A stretch of DNA of 63,635 nt, counting the filler, from Aduncisulcus paluster (lineage: Eukaryota): NCBI GenBank assembly GCA_024181965.1. It is 8 parts of 8 records of this genome, joined end to end, with 100 filler letters (N's around TTAATTAATTAA, not from the genome) between each part and the next. Parts side by side here need not be neighbours in the genome. Positions count along the whole stretch, not along the records: positions 45,892 to 48,176 come from BQXS01011799.1; positions 48,277 to 56,562 come from BQXS01011800.1; positions 56,663 to 63,635 come from BQXS01011802.1; 5 more parts are not named here. One strand, written 5' to 3'. The translations under genes and the position numbers were made by a program. Positions 45,992-56,851 of the stretch are shown piece after piece. Position 1 is the stretch's first letter, and each line of letters opens with the position of its first letter. Under the pieces are notes generated by a model. It worked only from the letters and a program-made list of their open reading frames with translations. It had not been told where the DNA came from and made no database searches.

Positions 45992-47692
45992 TCACCTTAA
46001 TTTGACAGACTTTTCGGCCAGACGCCTCCTCAACGTGGGATTCCTTATCAAATAACCAGTCATTTGTTCTTCTAACCCTCTCACTTCGTCCCATGACAAG
46101 TAAGCGTTCTCCTCGAAGTTTTTCCATTTAATTTTAAACGAGATAGGCGTTTTCTTACCTCCTCGATGCGAAATGATTCGCTCTACTTCCCACTCATCTG
46201 AGTCTCGGCACTGAACCGATAGTAGCTCCTCCTCCTTTTCTCTCAGTATCACCTTCCTGGTTCTTTCCGTTCCCACCGTTTTTACATTGTGGTTCGCCAG
46301 ATTTGAAATTTTAACTCTCCATGGGCTGAGTACCTCGACTACTTTCCATGGCCCCAACATACTGGGACTTGTCTTTGTGGGAGGTCCTTCCTCATGTGTC
46401 ACGAGAACCATGTCTCCTTCTTTCAACTCTACTGGCGTGTGTTTCTCTGCTTTGTGCTTCCTCATCTTCTGTACATGCTCTTGCTGTTTTCTTGCGAACT
46501 CTCTGGCTCCTCTGATGTACATGTCTGACCTGTGGACCATATCATGTCTTTTTTGCGCCTCTTGCGAGGGTTCTCTCCATTGGAGGATCGAGCCAGTTGT
46601 CTCAGCCATCTGACTTCCGAATAGTGCCTGATATGGACTCATTCCGATCCCTTTGTGGGGTCGTCGGTTAATGATAGCCATCATTAGTCCCGCCAGAATT
46701 CTATAATCTCTCACATCCCTCTTCATACAGTCAATCCTGATCTGCTTTCTCACTGAGCGGATCACTCTTTCCACGATGCCATTCTCATAGTGATGGTAAG
46801 GTAGAGTAATCTTTTGTTTTGCTCCGAGAGCTGTACAGAGTTCCTTTTGCAGGTCGTTCTTGAATTGTGGTCCCCCATCGGACCTTATGATCCTTGGTAT
46901 CCCGTACCTACAACACAAACAAGACAGAATGACCATTGCAGCCTCTTCTGCTGTTGTTGAAACGGTCGGAATCAACTCTGTGAATCGAGTAAAGTTGTCA
47001 ATAAGAACTAGAATGAACTTGAAACCGTTCTTATCTTCTGGGAGGGGTCCCACCGAGTCAATTGATACCTCCTGAAAAGCATTGCTGCTCGATATTGAAG
47101 CATATCTCTTCGGATCGGTCTTAAGCTTCAATTTTGCACAATACACACATTCTTCGAACAATTTTTTCCCAATCGATGACATTGATTTGAATTTAATTCC
47201 TTTGTTATCTAGCGAAGATGTCACCACGTCGATGGATGCATGGCCTAATTTCTCGTGCTCTTCATACAATATTCTTTCGATGAGCCCGACTGCGTCCTTG
47301 TTTGTGATGATGACCCCATCCTTGTCGACAGCAATTTGATTGATCATCGTGCTTCCTTTTAGGTCATTCTCCGACAATTTTTCCTGATATTTAACGATGT
47401 CTTGTATTGATACGGTGTCTTCAGTGGTGGAGACTGAGATAGTTTTCACGTATGACGGTGACCCTATTTGTGAAACCCTTGAAAGCAGATCGGCCGTTCC
47501 ATTCTCTTTTCCCTTAATGTGGTGTATCTCGAATTCGAATGGAGACATTTTTAGTCGCCAGCGTAAAAGTTTTGGAACCTCAGATTTATAGATGTAAGTT
47601 AAATTCTTATGATCTGTCTCAACTATGAAGGGCTTCCCCAGCAGATAATAGCTATTAGAAACAATCCCATACATCACTCCGAAGGCCTCCAC
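45992..47692 (-). mobile_element. pol: Ty3/Gypsy (chromovirus-type) LTR retrotransposon pol fragment: RNase H C-terminus, integrase, chromodomain
   Basis: FIVETDHKNL...RW...HIKGKENGTADLLSR (RNase H); H...GH...CVYC zinc finger; SIDSVGPLP, SDGGPQF, NGIVER (DD35E); GPWKV; EWEVERIISHR...FKIKW (chromodomain). 5'-truncated. Confidence 0.95.
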
Positions 47693-47920
47693 TAGCGTTC
47701 CGAATAAAAGTATTACCATGGTAATACCATTCCAGAAATTTTTTATGGTAATACCACTAAAAATAGTGGTATTTCTTAATGTATTACCATGGTAATACCA
47801 TTAAAAATAATGGTATTATTGTGGTAATACCTTAAAGTAATACCATGGTAATACCATAAGTAATACCATTAAAAATAGTGGTATTATATTATCTATCTGG
47901 TAATACTTTGGTAATACTTT
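47693..47920. repeat. Cluster of GGTAATAC/GTATTACC motifs with 18-bp palindromes; probable DNA-transposon end
   Basis: GTATTACCATGGTAATAC at 47710-47727 and 47781-47798, plus several more half-sites in both orientations; it abuts the truncated pol. Confidence 0.7.
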
Positions 47921-48741
47921 TATTCATTTTTTGTCATGTCATTGGATGGCATATTTGACCCCATACTCAGTTTTATTTGTCCGAAATTGCAAGGATACCC
48001 CAATGCCGATTGCAAATATAGAAAGTACCTTGTATGTATTGAATCGATACGGCAATATTTATTGGGGTATCCAACATCATCACAAATATAATTTAAGAAA
48101 TCACAATAAAACTCAATTTTAACAGTTTAAAAGCACATTTACTTAGATATTTTATTATTTATGGATACAAATCATANNNNNNNNNNNNNNNNNNNNNNNN
48201 NNNNNNNNNNNNNNNNNNNNTTAATTAATTAANNNNNNNNNNNNNNNNNNNNNNNNNNNNNNNNNNNNNNNNNNNNCTTGTAATTTCATTTGAGTGGTCA
48301 GAAAAATAAGACAACAAAAGACTCGTCCGATTGGTGCCAGTCTTTATGGAAAGAAGAAGAAAAATGTGGCCATTGTTTTTTTGTTTAAGATTATTTTGAA
48401 AAAAAATATTAAAATCTTGGTTACTTCCTTAATGGACACGGGAGGGAGAAATTGGCTAGAAGGAACTTGTATATCGAATGAGTATAAAATACATCTTTTA
48501 AAATTAATATGGGTTATCATTTTGGATATATTACAAATACAACTCTAGAAGTTGGCTAGTCACAATTTTTCCGACTCTCCCTCATTAAATTAGTAATAAT
48601 TCCAGAAAGTATAATAAAATAAATTTATTTCATATAATGAAATCATCATTTTCTCTTTCCAAATCAAGATTTAAAAAGTACTTCATGAGATTTGGCAAAG
48701 GGATTGTTTTCCTGGAATCACTTTTCCAATTCAAAATCACT

Positions 48742-49757
48742 ATGTCCGACGTTCAAAAACAACGCCTTATGGGTTTACTTAAGCTACCCGGAAATAGAAT
48801 ATGCGTTGATTGTAAGTGTAAAGGTATGTGGATTCTTTTCATCGGTGTATTATCTTAATTGTTATTTTTTTTGATGATGATTTGGCTTTTTATTAATTGT
48901 ATTTCTTTTCTTTCTTGCTTATAGGTCCTAGATGGGGAGCCTTTAACCATGGTGTATTTTTCTGTATCAAATGTTCTGCTGTTCATCGTGGAATTGGAAG
49001 ACATATTTCCAAGGTTAAATCGTGTACATTAGATGATTGGCGTCAAGAAGAAGTTGATAGAATGGAGAAAGTAGGAAATGAACGCTTCAATTTTTATTAT
49101 GAGGCCAAAGTTCCTCCTAGCTATCAAAAATCTTTTGAAAATGATGATTCTTTCCGTGAACGTTTTATTAGAGCCAAATATGAACAAAAACTGTTCTTTG
49201 ATCGTGCTGGTAAGAAAGGATCTGGTCCCGAAGCTGATACCGTTCAAGAACAACCAATTTCTTCTCGTTCTTCAGCCAAAAAATCTCGTCATCGTAGTTC
49301 TGCTGCTGAAAAAGCCAGAACTGCCACCGTAAAGCCAACCCCTTCAGATGTGAAGGAGATCAAACCCCAGGCAAAACCTGTTCCCACTGTTGATCCCCTC
49401 GACGATCTTCTTTCTTTTGCAACTGGTCCTGCTCCATCCAAGGCAAGTGTTCCCCGTGCAGGACCAAAACCTACTCCCGTGGCCAAACCTGTACCCGCCA
49501 TGCCTTTTGACGATATTTTTGCCACATCTACTCGTTCGAAACCCACCAAACCCATTGTATCATCAATGGATATGTTTTCTTCCTTCGGTACTGGATCATC
49601 TGGTTCCTCATCGTCATTCTCAACTGGAACTGGATTCTCATCTTCCGGGAATTCTGCCAGTTTCCCCACTTCTTCTTCTATGTCTTCTGATTCTAGGGGA
49701 TCATCTTCAATGTTTTCAACAGGAATTGATCTCTCGTCTTACACTGGATTTAAATGA
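48742..49757 (+). CDS. ArfGAP (SMAP-like), two exons: 48742-48823 and 48925-49757
   Basis: The spliced product PGNRICVDCKCKGPRWGAFNHGVFFCIKCSAVHRGIGRHISKVKSCTLDDW has the CxxC-x16-CxxC-x4-R ArfGAP finger, plus FIRAKYE and a DDLL-containing disordered tail. Confidence 0.95.
48824..48924 (+). other. Spliceosomal intron (101 nt, phase 1)
   Basis: GTATGT...TAG; removal restores the exact ArfGAP zinc-finger spacing. Confidence 0.92.
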
Positions 49758-50046
49758 ATCTTACTAATATAATAGTAATAGTTTTTGGATAGTACATTTT
49801 CCGGTTCTCTCCGGTTTTTATCTGTTTTTGCTTCCGGCAATGATTTTTCGTTTTGAAATAAATATTCTTTTTAAAATTGTTTTTTATGTGGTTATATTGT
49901 GATAAAAAAGAGTTGAGATGAATAAAATGTTTATTAGAACATCCTGTAGAATTTTGCGAAGGTCGAAACTAATTTAGTAAAGAGGGGGGCATTTACCCAA
50001 TTAAAATTTATCGATTTGGAAATTTTTATTATTGGTGCACAGTGAT

Positions 50047-51429
50047 ATGAGTGATATAATCCACGATATGCTTCCTATTGAAAGGCAAAATGTTTTCCTG
50101 ACCAACACGAAGGATATTATGGAAGCAATAGAAAGAACTCCTACAAAAGCAGAAGATTTTGAAAAAATTGAAAAAGTTCCGCCAGCTAAAATCCCTTCAA
50201 CATTTCCTCACCGAGGCTTTGTTGAAGACTGCAAAGGTGAAGCCTTCAGCATTAGGTTTAGTCCTACCCAAACTCATATGGCTGCTGGATGTGCAGATGG
50301 AGTTGTAAGAGTATATAATCCTGCATCTGGACGTTTGATTCAAGAAATGACATGTGACCCGAAAAATAAGCTTCCTGTTACATCTGTTGCTTTTAGAAAG
50401 CCAGTATCTGGAACTAGGGGGCAAAATATTTTATTGATCGGAACATCTTCTGGATTTGTTCAGCACTGGCATGTCACAAGTGGAAAATGTCTCCATACAT
50501 TAAAAGAGACTGGTAATGAGATCAATGCTGTATGTTTTAGTGATGATTCCTCTAAATTTGCGACTGCAGGACGTGATATGGCTGTTAGGGTATATGACGA
50601 AGCTACAAGACGTCTCACTCACACACTCACGGAAGGATATACCGGAGTTACAGCTGGCCATTCAAACAGAATATTTTCAGTTAAATTTCACCCAGATGAC
50701 TCAAACATGGTTTTGTCTGCAGGATGGGATAAATCCGTTCAAATCTGGGATCTTAGAGCTGGTCACAGTGTTCATTCTATTTTCGGAGNNNNNNNNNNNN
50801 NNNNNNNNACTGCAGGACGTGATATGGCTGTTAGGGTATATGACGAAGCTACAAGACGTCTCACTCACACACTCACGGAAGGATATACCGGAGTTACAGC
50901 TGGCCATTCAAACAGAATATTTTCAGTTAAATTTCACCCAGATGACTCAAACATGGTTTTGTCTGCAGGATGGGATAAATCCGTTCAAATCTGGGATCTT
51001 AGAGCTGGTCACAGTGTTCGTTCTATTTTCGGAGCTCAAGTATGTGGAGATGGAATGGATGTTCATGGAAATCTGGTTGCTACTGCATCTTATAGACCCA
51101 GTGAGGATAATCTCCAACTCTGGGACTTCAGGTCGACAGAACTCTTGAAAAATATCAAATGGTGTTCTGAAACAGATGAGAAAAAGGAAGATGGCCTTCA
51201 AAGATCTCTTTTATATTCTTGTTCATTTTCTCCCGATGGTAAACAAATTGTGGCTGGTGGCGCACATGATAATTGCGTGAAAGTATTTGATGTTGCTAAT
51301 GATCTGGTTTTAGGTAGTATTGGGCCTCTGCCCGGGAGTGTATTTGACGTTGCATTCGCTCCATCAGGAAGTTACATTGCGGTTGGATCTGCTGACAGAA
51401 CTATTCGTGTGTATGAAACTATTTTCTGA
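50047..51429 (+). CDS. WD40-repeat beta-propeller protein (about 378 aa after removing the duplication)
   Basis: GHSNRIFSVKFHP...LSAGWDKSVQIWD and similar repeats; 50563-50788 is duplicated across the gap. Confidence 0.93.
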   Translation: MSDIIHDMLPIERQNVFLTNTKDIMEAIERTPTKAEDFEKIEKVPPAKIPSTFPHRGFVEDCKGEAFSIRFSPTQTHMAAGCADGVVRVYNPASGRLIQEMTCDPKNKLPVTSVAFRKPVSGTRGQNILLIGTSSGFVQHWHVTSGKCLHTLKETGNEINAVCFSDDSSKFATAGRDMAVRVYDEATRRLTHTLTEGYTGVTAGHSNRIFSVKFHPDDSNMVLSAGWDKSVQIWDLRAGHSVHSIFGXXXXXXXTAGRDMAVRVYDEATRRLTHTLTEGYTGVTAGHSNRIFSVKFHPDDSNMVLSAGWDKSVQIWDLRAGHSVRSIFGAQVCGDGMDVHGNLVATASYRPSEDNLQLWDFRSTELLKNIKWCSETDEKKEDGLQRSLLYSCSFSPDGKQIVAGGAHDNCVKVFDVANDLVLGSIGPLPGSVFDVAFAPSGSYIAVGSADRTIRVYETIF

Positions 51430-51630
51430 TTTTAACTTAAAAAATTGATATTGAAATAAATTTTTAACTGTTTTTTCATTTTACTGTTACCCTGATCCAT
51501 CGTCGCGAATTTGTGTTTAGTCGCCGTTTTGGTTCTAATTAGAAAAAGTAGTGCATTAAATTCAATTTACTTTTTCATATAAACCATAATTATTGAATCT
51601 AAAGCTGTTTTATAACGTTTTGTCCTCATT

Positions 51631-53215
51631 ATGAAACTTGATCTTGATGTATTGTTGGATCATTGCTTATCTGAAGATCAAAAAGATTTAGATAGTTCAA
51701 GCAAGTATGTTTTATTAAATATTTTTGTAAGATTTACTCTCTTAGAGTGGTAAGTATTATCTTATGAATGTTTCATTCAAATTTATCATATTCTTGGCAT
51801 TTTTTGACATTTTATTATTATTGTTGGCATTTTAAATTGAAATATATTGAAGAATTGCAGCTTTATTCACTGTTAAAGAGATTATTTTATGCAATCTTGA
51901 ACTCACCTCATGTGATGGTGTTGAACTTGCTGCAGAGCTCGAAAAACTTGATTTATCTCACAATCAACTTAAAAATCCGATTGAAGCTGTTGAATTGCTT
52001 CCCTCTCTCTATCATCTAAACCTTTCATACAATAGTCTTATCCGTATACCCAATATTGGTCATCTTCCGAATCTATATCAACTTGATCTTACTGGCAATT
52101 TTATTAGTTCCATTGATTTTTCATGTCTCCCGCCATCTCTTCGTGTCTTGTTCATCTCTGAGAATCCCTGCGCAAGCCCCGAGACAAGACTTGCCATCAC
52201 CAAAGCTTGTCCAAATATCCTCCATATCGATGGAATTTCGAGGGAAGAAATACTTAGAGAAGGAGATAAAGTTGTTTCAGAGATGGAAGTGAGAGATACC
52301 AAGGATCCTCTTCTCATTCCAGAAAAAGAAAAAGACGGAGGGAAAAAGAAGGAAACCTCAACCGCTATCAAGGGAAAAGAAAGGACTCAAAAGAAAATAA
52401 CTCAACAAACGGGGAAATATAAACAAAAGGATAAAAAAACCATAATAACCACAAAAGCTTCAAAGCAAAGCATCCAGGGTGTGAAGAAATCAACTTTGGC
52501 TGCAAAATCTAATATCTCCAAGACAGAGAAATCAACAAGGATTCCTCTGGGCCAAAAGAAACCAATTAAATCGACGATATCTCATTCTTCTGTATCTTCA
52601 GTGAGACCTAAATCCAAGAAAATAGTTGCTAGTAGTAGTGGATATGGAAGAAAATCATCTTCCTCGGCCTCTTCAAAGGTTAATGGAATGAAATCTTCGT
52701 CAAAAGCTTCGAAAGATCAAGAAGAATATGCCAAGGCATTTCAACTCTTAAAGCAACAAGCCAGTCTAAAACGCCCAGCCTTGCCCGCTCTTGTCCAGCC
52801 CGCAAGCCATTCATATGCCACTCTCATCAGTGAATTATCCGCTGGGCTTGACTCTGTTGTTACAAACAGTATTTCATTGTTACAGCGAGAGACAGAGAGT
52901 ATGATCGGAAGAAGCCAGGCTAGACAGGAAGAATTGCTATCTCTGGATGTCCCCGAGTCAAAGTTCACACGGGAACTCAGATCAAGGGGTAGTGTTGGAG
53001 CTTTTGGTGGAGAAGAGGAAGGAGAGAAAATAGTTGGTTATGAAGGGAAAGATGAAGAAGAAGAAGAGGGAAGAGAGGAAAGAGATGAATATGTGAGTTC
53101 ATTTGACTTATGTCAAGTTCCACAGAGTATATTAGATGAGATTGAGGAGGAGCTTGAGAGAGATCGTGAATTTGTCAGAAAAGTTGATTCAACCCTTATA
53201 AAAGATGATAAATAA
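51631..53215 (+). CDS. LRR protein, LRRC46-like; probable exons 51631-51704 and 51853-53215
   Basis: The joined frame MKLDLDVLLDHCLSEDQKDLDSSSKIAALFTVKEIILCNLELTSCDGVELAAELEKLDLSHNQL...LYQLDLTGNFI...LPPSLRVLFISENPC...PNILHIDG gives SDS22-like LRRs with an LRR cap, then basic and acidic tails. The acceptor choice is uncertain. Confidence 0.75.
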
Positions 53216-53356
53216 TATTTTAATGGTCATTTAAACATATTCTTTATTCTTTATACAAATAAAAGTGATATTTTTCATAGATTCATTGCGAAAAATTAAA
53301 TTGGGGTTTTCTGAGCGTATTCCACAACATCAATATTTTAATCATTAAATAACCGC

Positions 53357-56300
53357 ATGTTGTTTAGAAAATGTGGTCATTTCTTTCGATTTATCGATAG
53401 ATTCTTCGAAATGGGAGGATTTTTCGATATTAATCAATATACCCAGATTCACGACCTTTTTGGAGATTCTACATTTATAAATATTTTTGCAGATTGTCTT
53501 ATTTATCGTTTTCTTCAATCTACTGATCCAAGTACACAGAATGTTGCCATGGCCGAAGTTTTTGAAGATTTAAAGCCATGTGATTCAATTGATGCATATT
53601 ACACTGCATTGGAAGCTGTTATTCCGTGCCGTGTAAAACAAACTGTCTCTTTAGATGATGCTCAAGCAGCTCTACTACGAACTATCGCACATTTAGTATT
53701 TTCCAATCAATTAAACCAAACTGATGATTTATTAACAGCTAGTCTTCTTTTACTTGAGGAATACTCGAGGACTTACTTCCCCGATGCCGTTTCAAAGACC
53801 ATTTCGCATATAGTTGATGTTGCAAATCGATTCAGGGAACTTCAGCTTTATGAACTTCTCGATGATGATGATCTTGTGGAGCTTGAGATGCCAGGAGATG
53901 GCGTTAAATCCCCTGAGGGTGAGCTTCCTCTCCCTCGTTCTGTGATGGCATCTCTCTCTGATTCTCTCACATCTTCTCTCCTCTTCCTCATCTCTTCTCC
54001 TTCTCTTTATCTCAGTCCATTTCCCACGGCCCCATTTTCACATCCAAAGCATCTTCTTCCCTTGTCAGTCTCGACCACAGGTGCCCATATATCCCTCTCA
54101 GAGACCCACTCTGAACTCAAGCATAAACAGGATAAAAAGAAGGCAGATAAACAACTCAAAGAAGAAGACGACGGAGAAGAAGATGAAGAGGAGGACGGTG
54201 CTTATGTTGAATCCAAGGGGAGTTCGTCAAGTTCAAGTCTTGGCAAAAACGATCCTCTCACTCCATCCCACCCTTCTTTGCATTCGCCACAGTCCGAACT
54301 TGGTCTTAACTCAATTCCAATTGGTTCATCGACGTCACTTCCGCCTATTAGTCTCCAGGGACCATCAGTACTGTCGACTTTCTCACATTCCGAGCATGTT
54401 GGTTCTATCTGTGATGTTGTTAAGGTGGTTGGAGAGGAGCATAACAATATATCGTCAATGGCCTCTATTGAGTTGCTTTCCTTGGTCTCTTTATGTATTT
54501 ATGATGAAGGGATACATCGAACCCATGTAAATCCTATTGTTAATATTATCCTCGATTTTATATCTCACCGAGTTGAAATGAAACTCAAAGAGCCACAGAT
54601 AAGTTTTCTGCTATCTCTTCTTGAGTTATTTCTCTCCCTTGCATCACCTGTGCCAATTGCTGTATGTGAATACGCCTGTGTATGTCTTTCTTCTCTTCTT
54701 TCAACGTCTGGGTGTGTTGGGTTCGAGAGTGTCAGACTAGCTTCAATCTTAACCCGAGAAAGGGTATTTCCTGGACTGTTAAAGTTCAGATTCATTAGGA
54801 AACTATGGCCAGGCGTTGAAGAGGAAGTTGACGAAGAAGGAGAGGAAGAAGAGGAAGAAGAGGATGAGCATGGCGGTGTACAAGATGGGAGGGTGACATC
54901 ATCTCTGCCTATTGGCTCTGAAGAACAACAAACTGCTCTTGTTGGGTCTTCCCTATCACAATCTCCTTCGACTTTCTCAGATATCTATTCTGGGGGTCCT
55001 ATGGCCTCCTCTTTGGTCATTATCGATATGAATATCCCTTCAGCATATTCAATGAGTCAGACTCTTCAAAGTGGTGTTTTATGTGGTTCAACGTTACCAA
55101 TATTATTATCCGATGAAAATGAGGGAGAATCTGAGGAGGAAGAGGGAAGAAAACATGGAGATGTTGGCAGAAAGAGTGAGGAAAAGGGCGATGTCCTTGA
55201 GAAATCATATGGACATTCGGATAAAGGAAAGATCAGCAGTCACATTTCAAAACTTAAGGAGATCTTTCCCCATACTCATTTTCTATCCTCCCTTTCGCTA
55301 TTCATCATTTTATCACCGTTACAGCTTCTACCGCCTTCAATCGAATTATTAGATATTCTAAATATAGATTATGAGAAAATAAGACATTTGTATTTAGAAA
55401 TGAATAGTTCTTTGTTACATTATGAGAATGGTGGAGATGAGGAGATGGAGAGGAGCATGTCTGGATTGATTGAGATTGGTGAGCTTTTGGATGCTGAAGT
55501 GAAGCTTGTGCAGCAAAAGGAGAAAAGGGTCGTGTCTTTTGTCGATTCAACCGCTCGAAAAGGTGAAGAGAAGGTAGAAAAAAGAAAAGATATTGAAATT
55601 TCGAAGGAAGAAGATATTGAAATTTCGAAGGAAGAAGATATTGAACCTCCTTCTCTGGCTGAATTAGCTTCAATACCTGTCGGTTGTGTTGGAGTCAATA
55701 GGATATTCGAGTGGTTCGGAGAAGATGATGAAAGGATAAAAGAAGAGGCAGAAAAGAAACGAGAGATTGAGTCTCGAGAGAGGGCATCACTGTCGTTACA
55801 TAAAAGTCATTCATCTCTGAAAGCTGGAAAAGCAGGGAAAACACTGTCTCATCAAGGCGAATCACGTGCTTCCTCCTCCTCCTCTTCTTCTGCTTCTTCT
55901 GCGTTCCCTTCAGGGACTCCATTTTCATTAAACTGTCTCCAATCATCGTTATTTTCAACAATTATTTCACATATCTTGGTGCCACCATCAGCATCATCCA
56001 TCGATTCTCTTTCAAGTGCAGACAAGGAGAGTTCAGCAGCGATGTCCCAGATCGAAAGGGGTGAGCGAACTCAAACTGTCACGGGAATGGTTGATTCATC
56101 CTCAGAATTCACTCAATCTTTGGCCTCAAAACACACACCTTGTTCGTATGGCCTATCTTCTCTCTCTCGTTTCTCTTCATTCCCTATTTCTGCTGCAAAA
56201 CCATCCCTTCGTTCCACATGTCTGACTCTCGTTCTGATTGGTTCTGATACTCTTGTTGCACATGTTTGTTCACTCTTGAATGCCATTCGTGAGTGGCTCT

Positions 56301-56562
56301 TGAATAACCTATATATTTCAGCCGATCTTCCCATTGTTTTACTCCCTCTTCCTCTTCTTCTGAGTGAGGTCACCAATGCTCCCCCAACGAAAGATGTGCC
56401 CAATCCTACTGGATCAGTGTCTTCCTCGTCTTCTTCTTCCCACGATAACTCCCCACAAATCATCAGGGATGGTATATTGGATGTTGATGATGCTAAGCAT
56501 GTTCGTGATACCACTTCCTCTTCCTCGAGTCCCAGATCACCTCGTTCAGATGGATTTGAAAC
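53357..56562 (+). CDS. Large hypothetical protein with Ser/Glu-rich inserts, 3'-partial
   Basis: Open frame of more than 3.2 kb to the contig end; no recognised domain. Confidence 0.78.
55587..55645 (+). repeat. In-frame 24-bp tandem repeat (about 2.5 copies, DIEISKEE)
   Basis: AAGATATTGAAATTTCGAAGGAAG repeated directly. Confidence 0.9.
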
Positions 56563-56851
56563 NNNNNNNNNNNNNNNNNNNNNNNNNNNNNNNNNNNNNN
56601 NNNNNNTTAATTAATTAANNNNNNNNNNNNNNNNNNNNNNNNNNNNNNNNNNNNNNNNNNNNTAACAAAGAATGAAATTAATATAAAGAATAAAATCAAA
56701 ACAGAATGAATTATAACAAAGAATTGATGAGATAAATATATCTTACGAAATAAATAATAGATTTAACTGATAATATAATAGAATTAAGAATAGAATGAGA
56801 TAATAGAAATGAAATGAAATTTGTTAACTGATCAAATGATAATAAAAAGGT

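Noticed and set aside
47700..47920. Palindromic repeats as a CRISPR array
   Set aside because: Spacing is irregular, there are no unique constant-length spacers or cas genes, and the context is eukaryotic.
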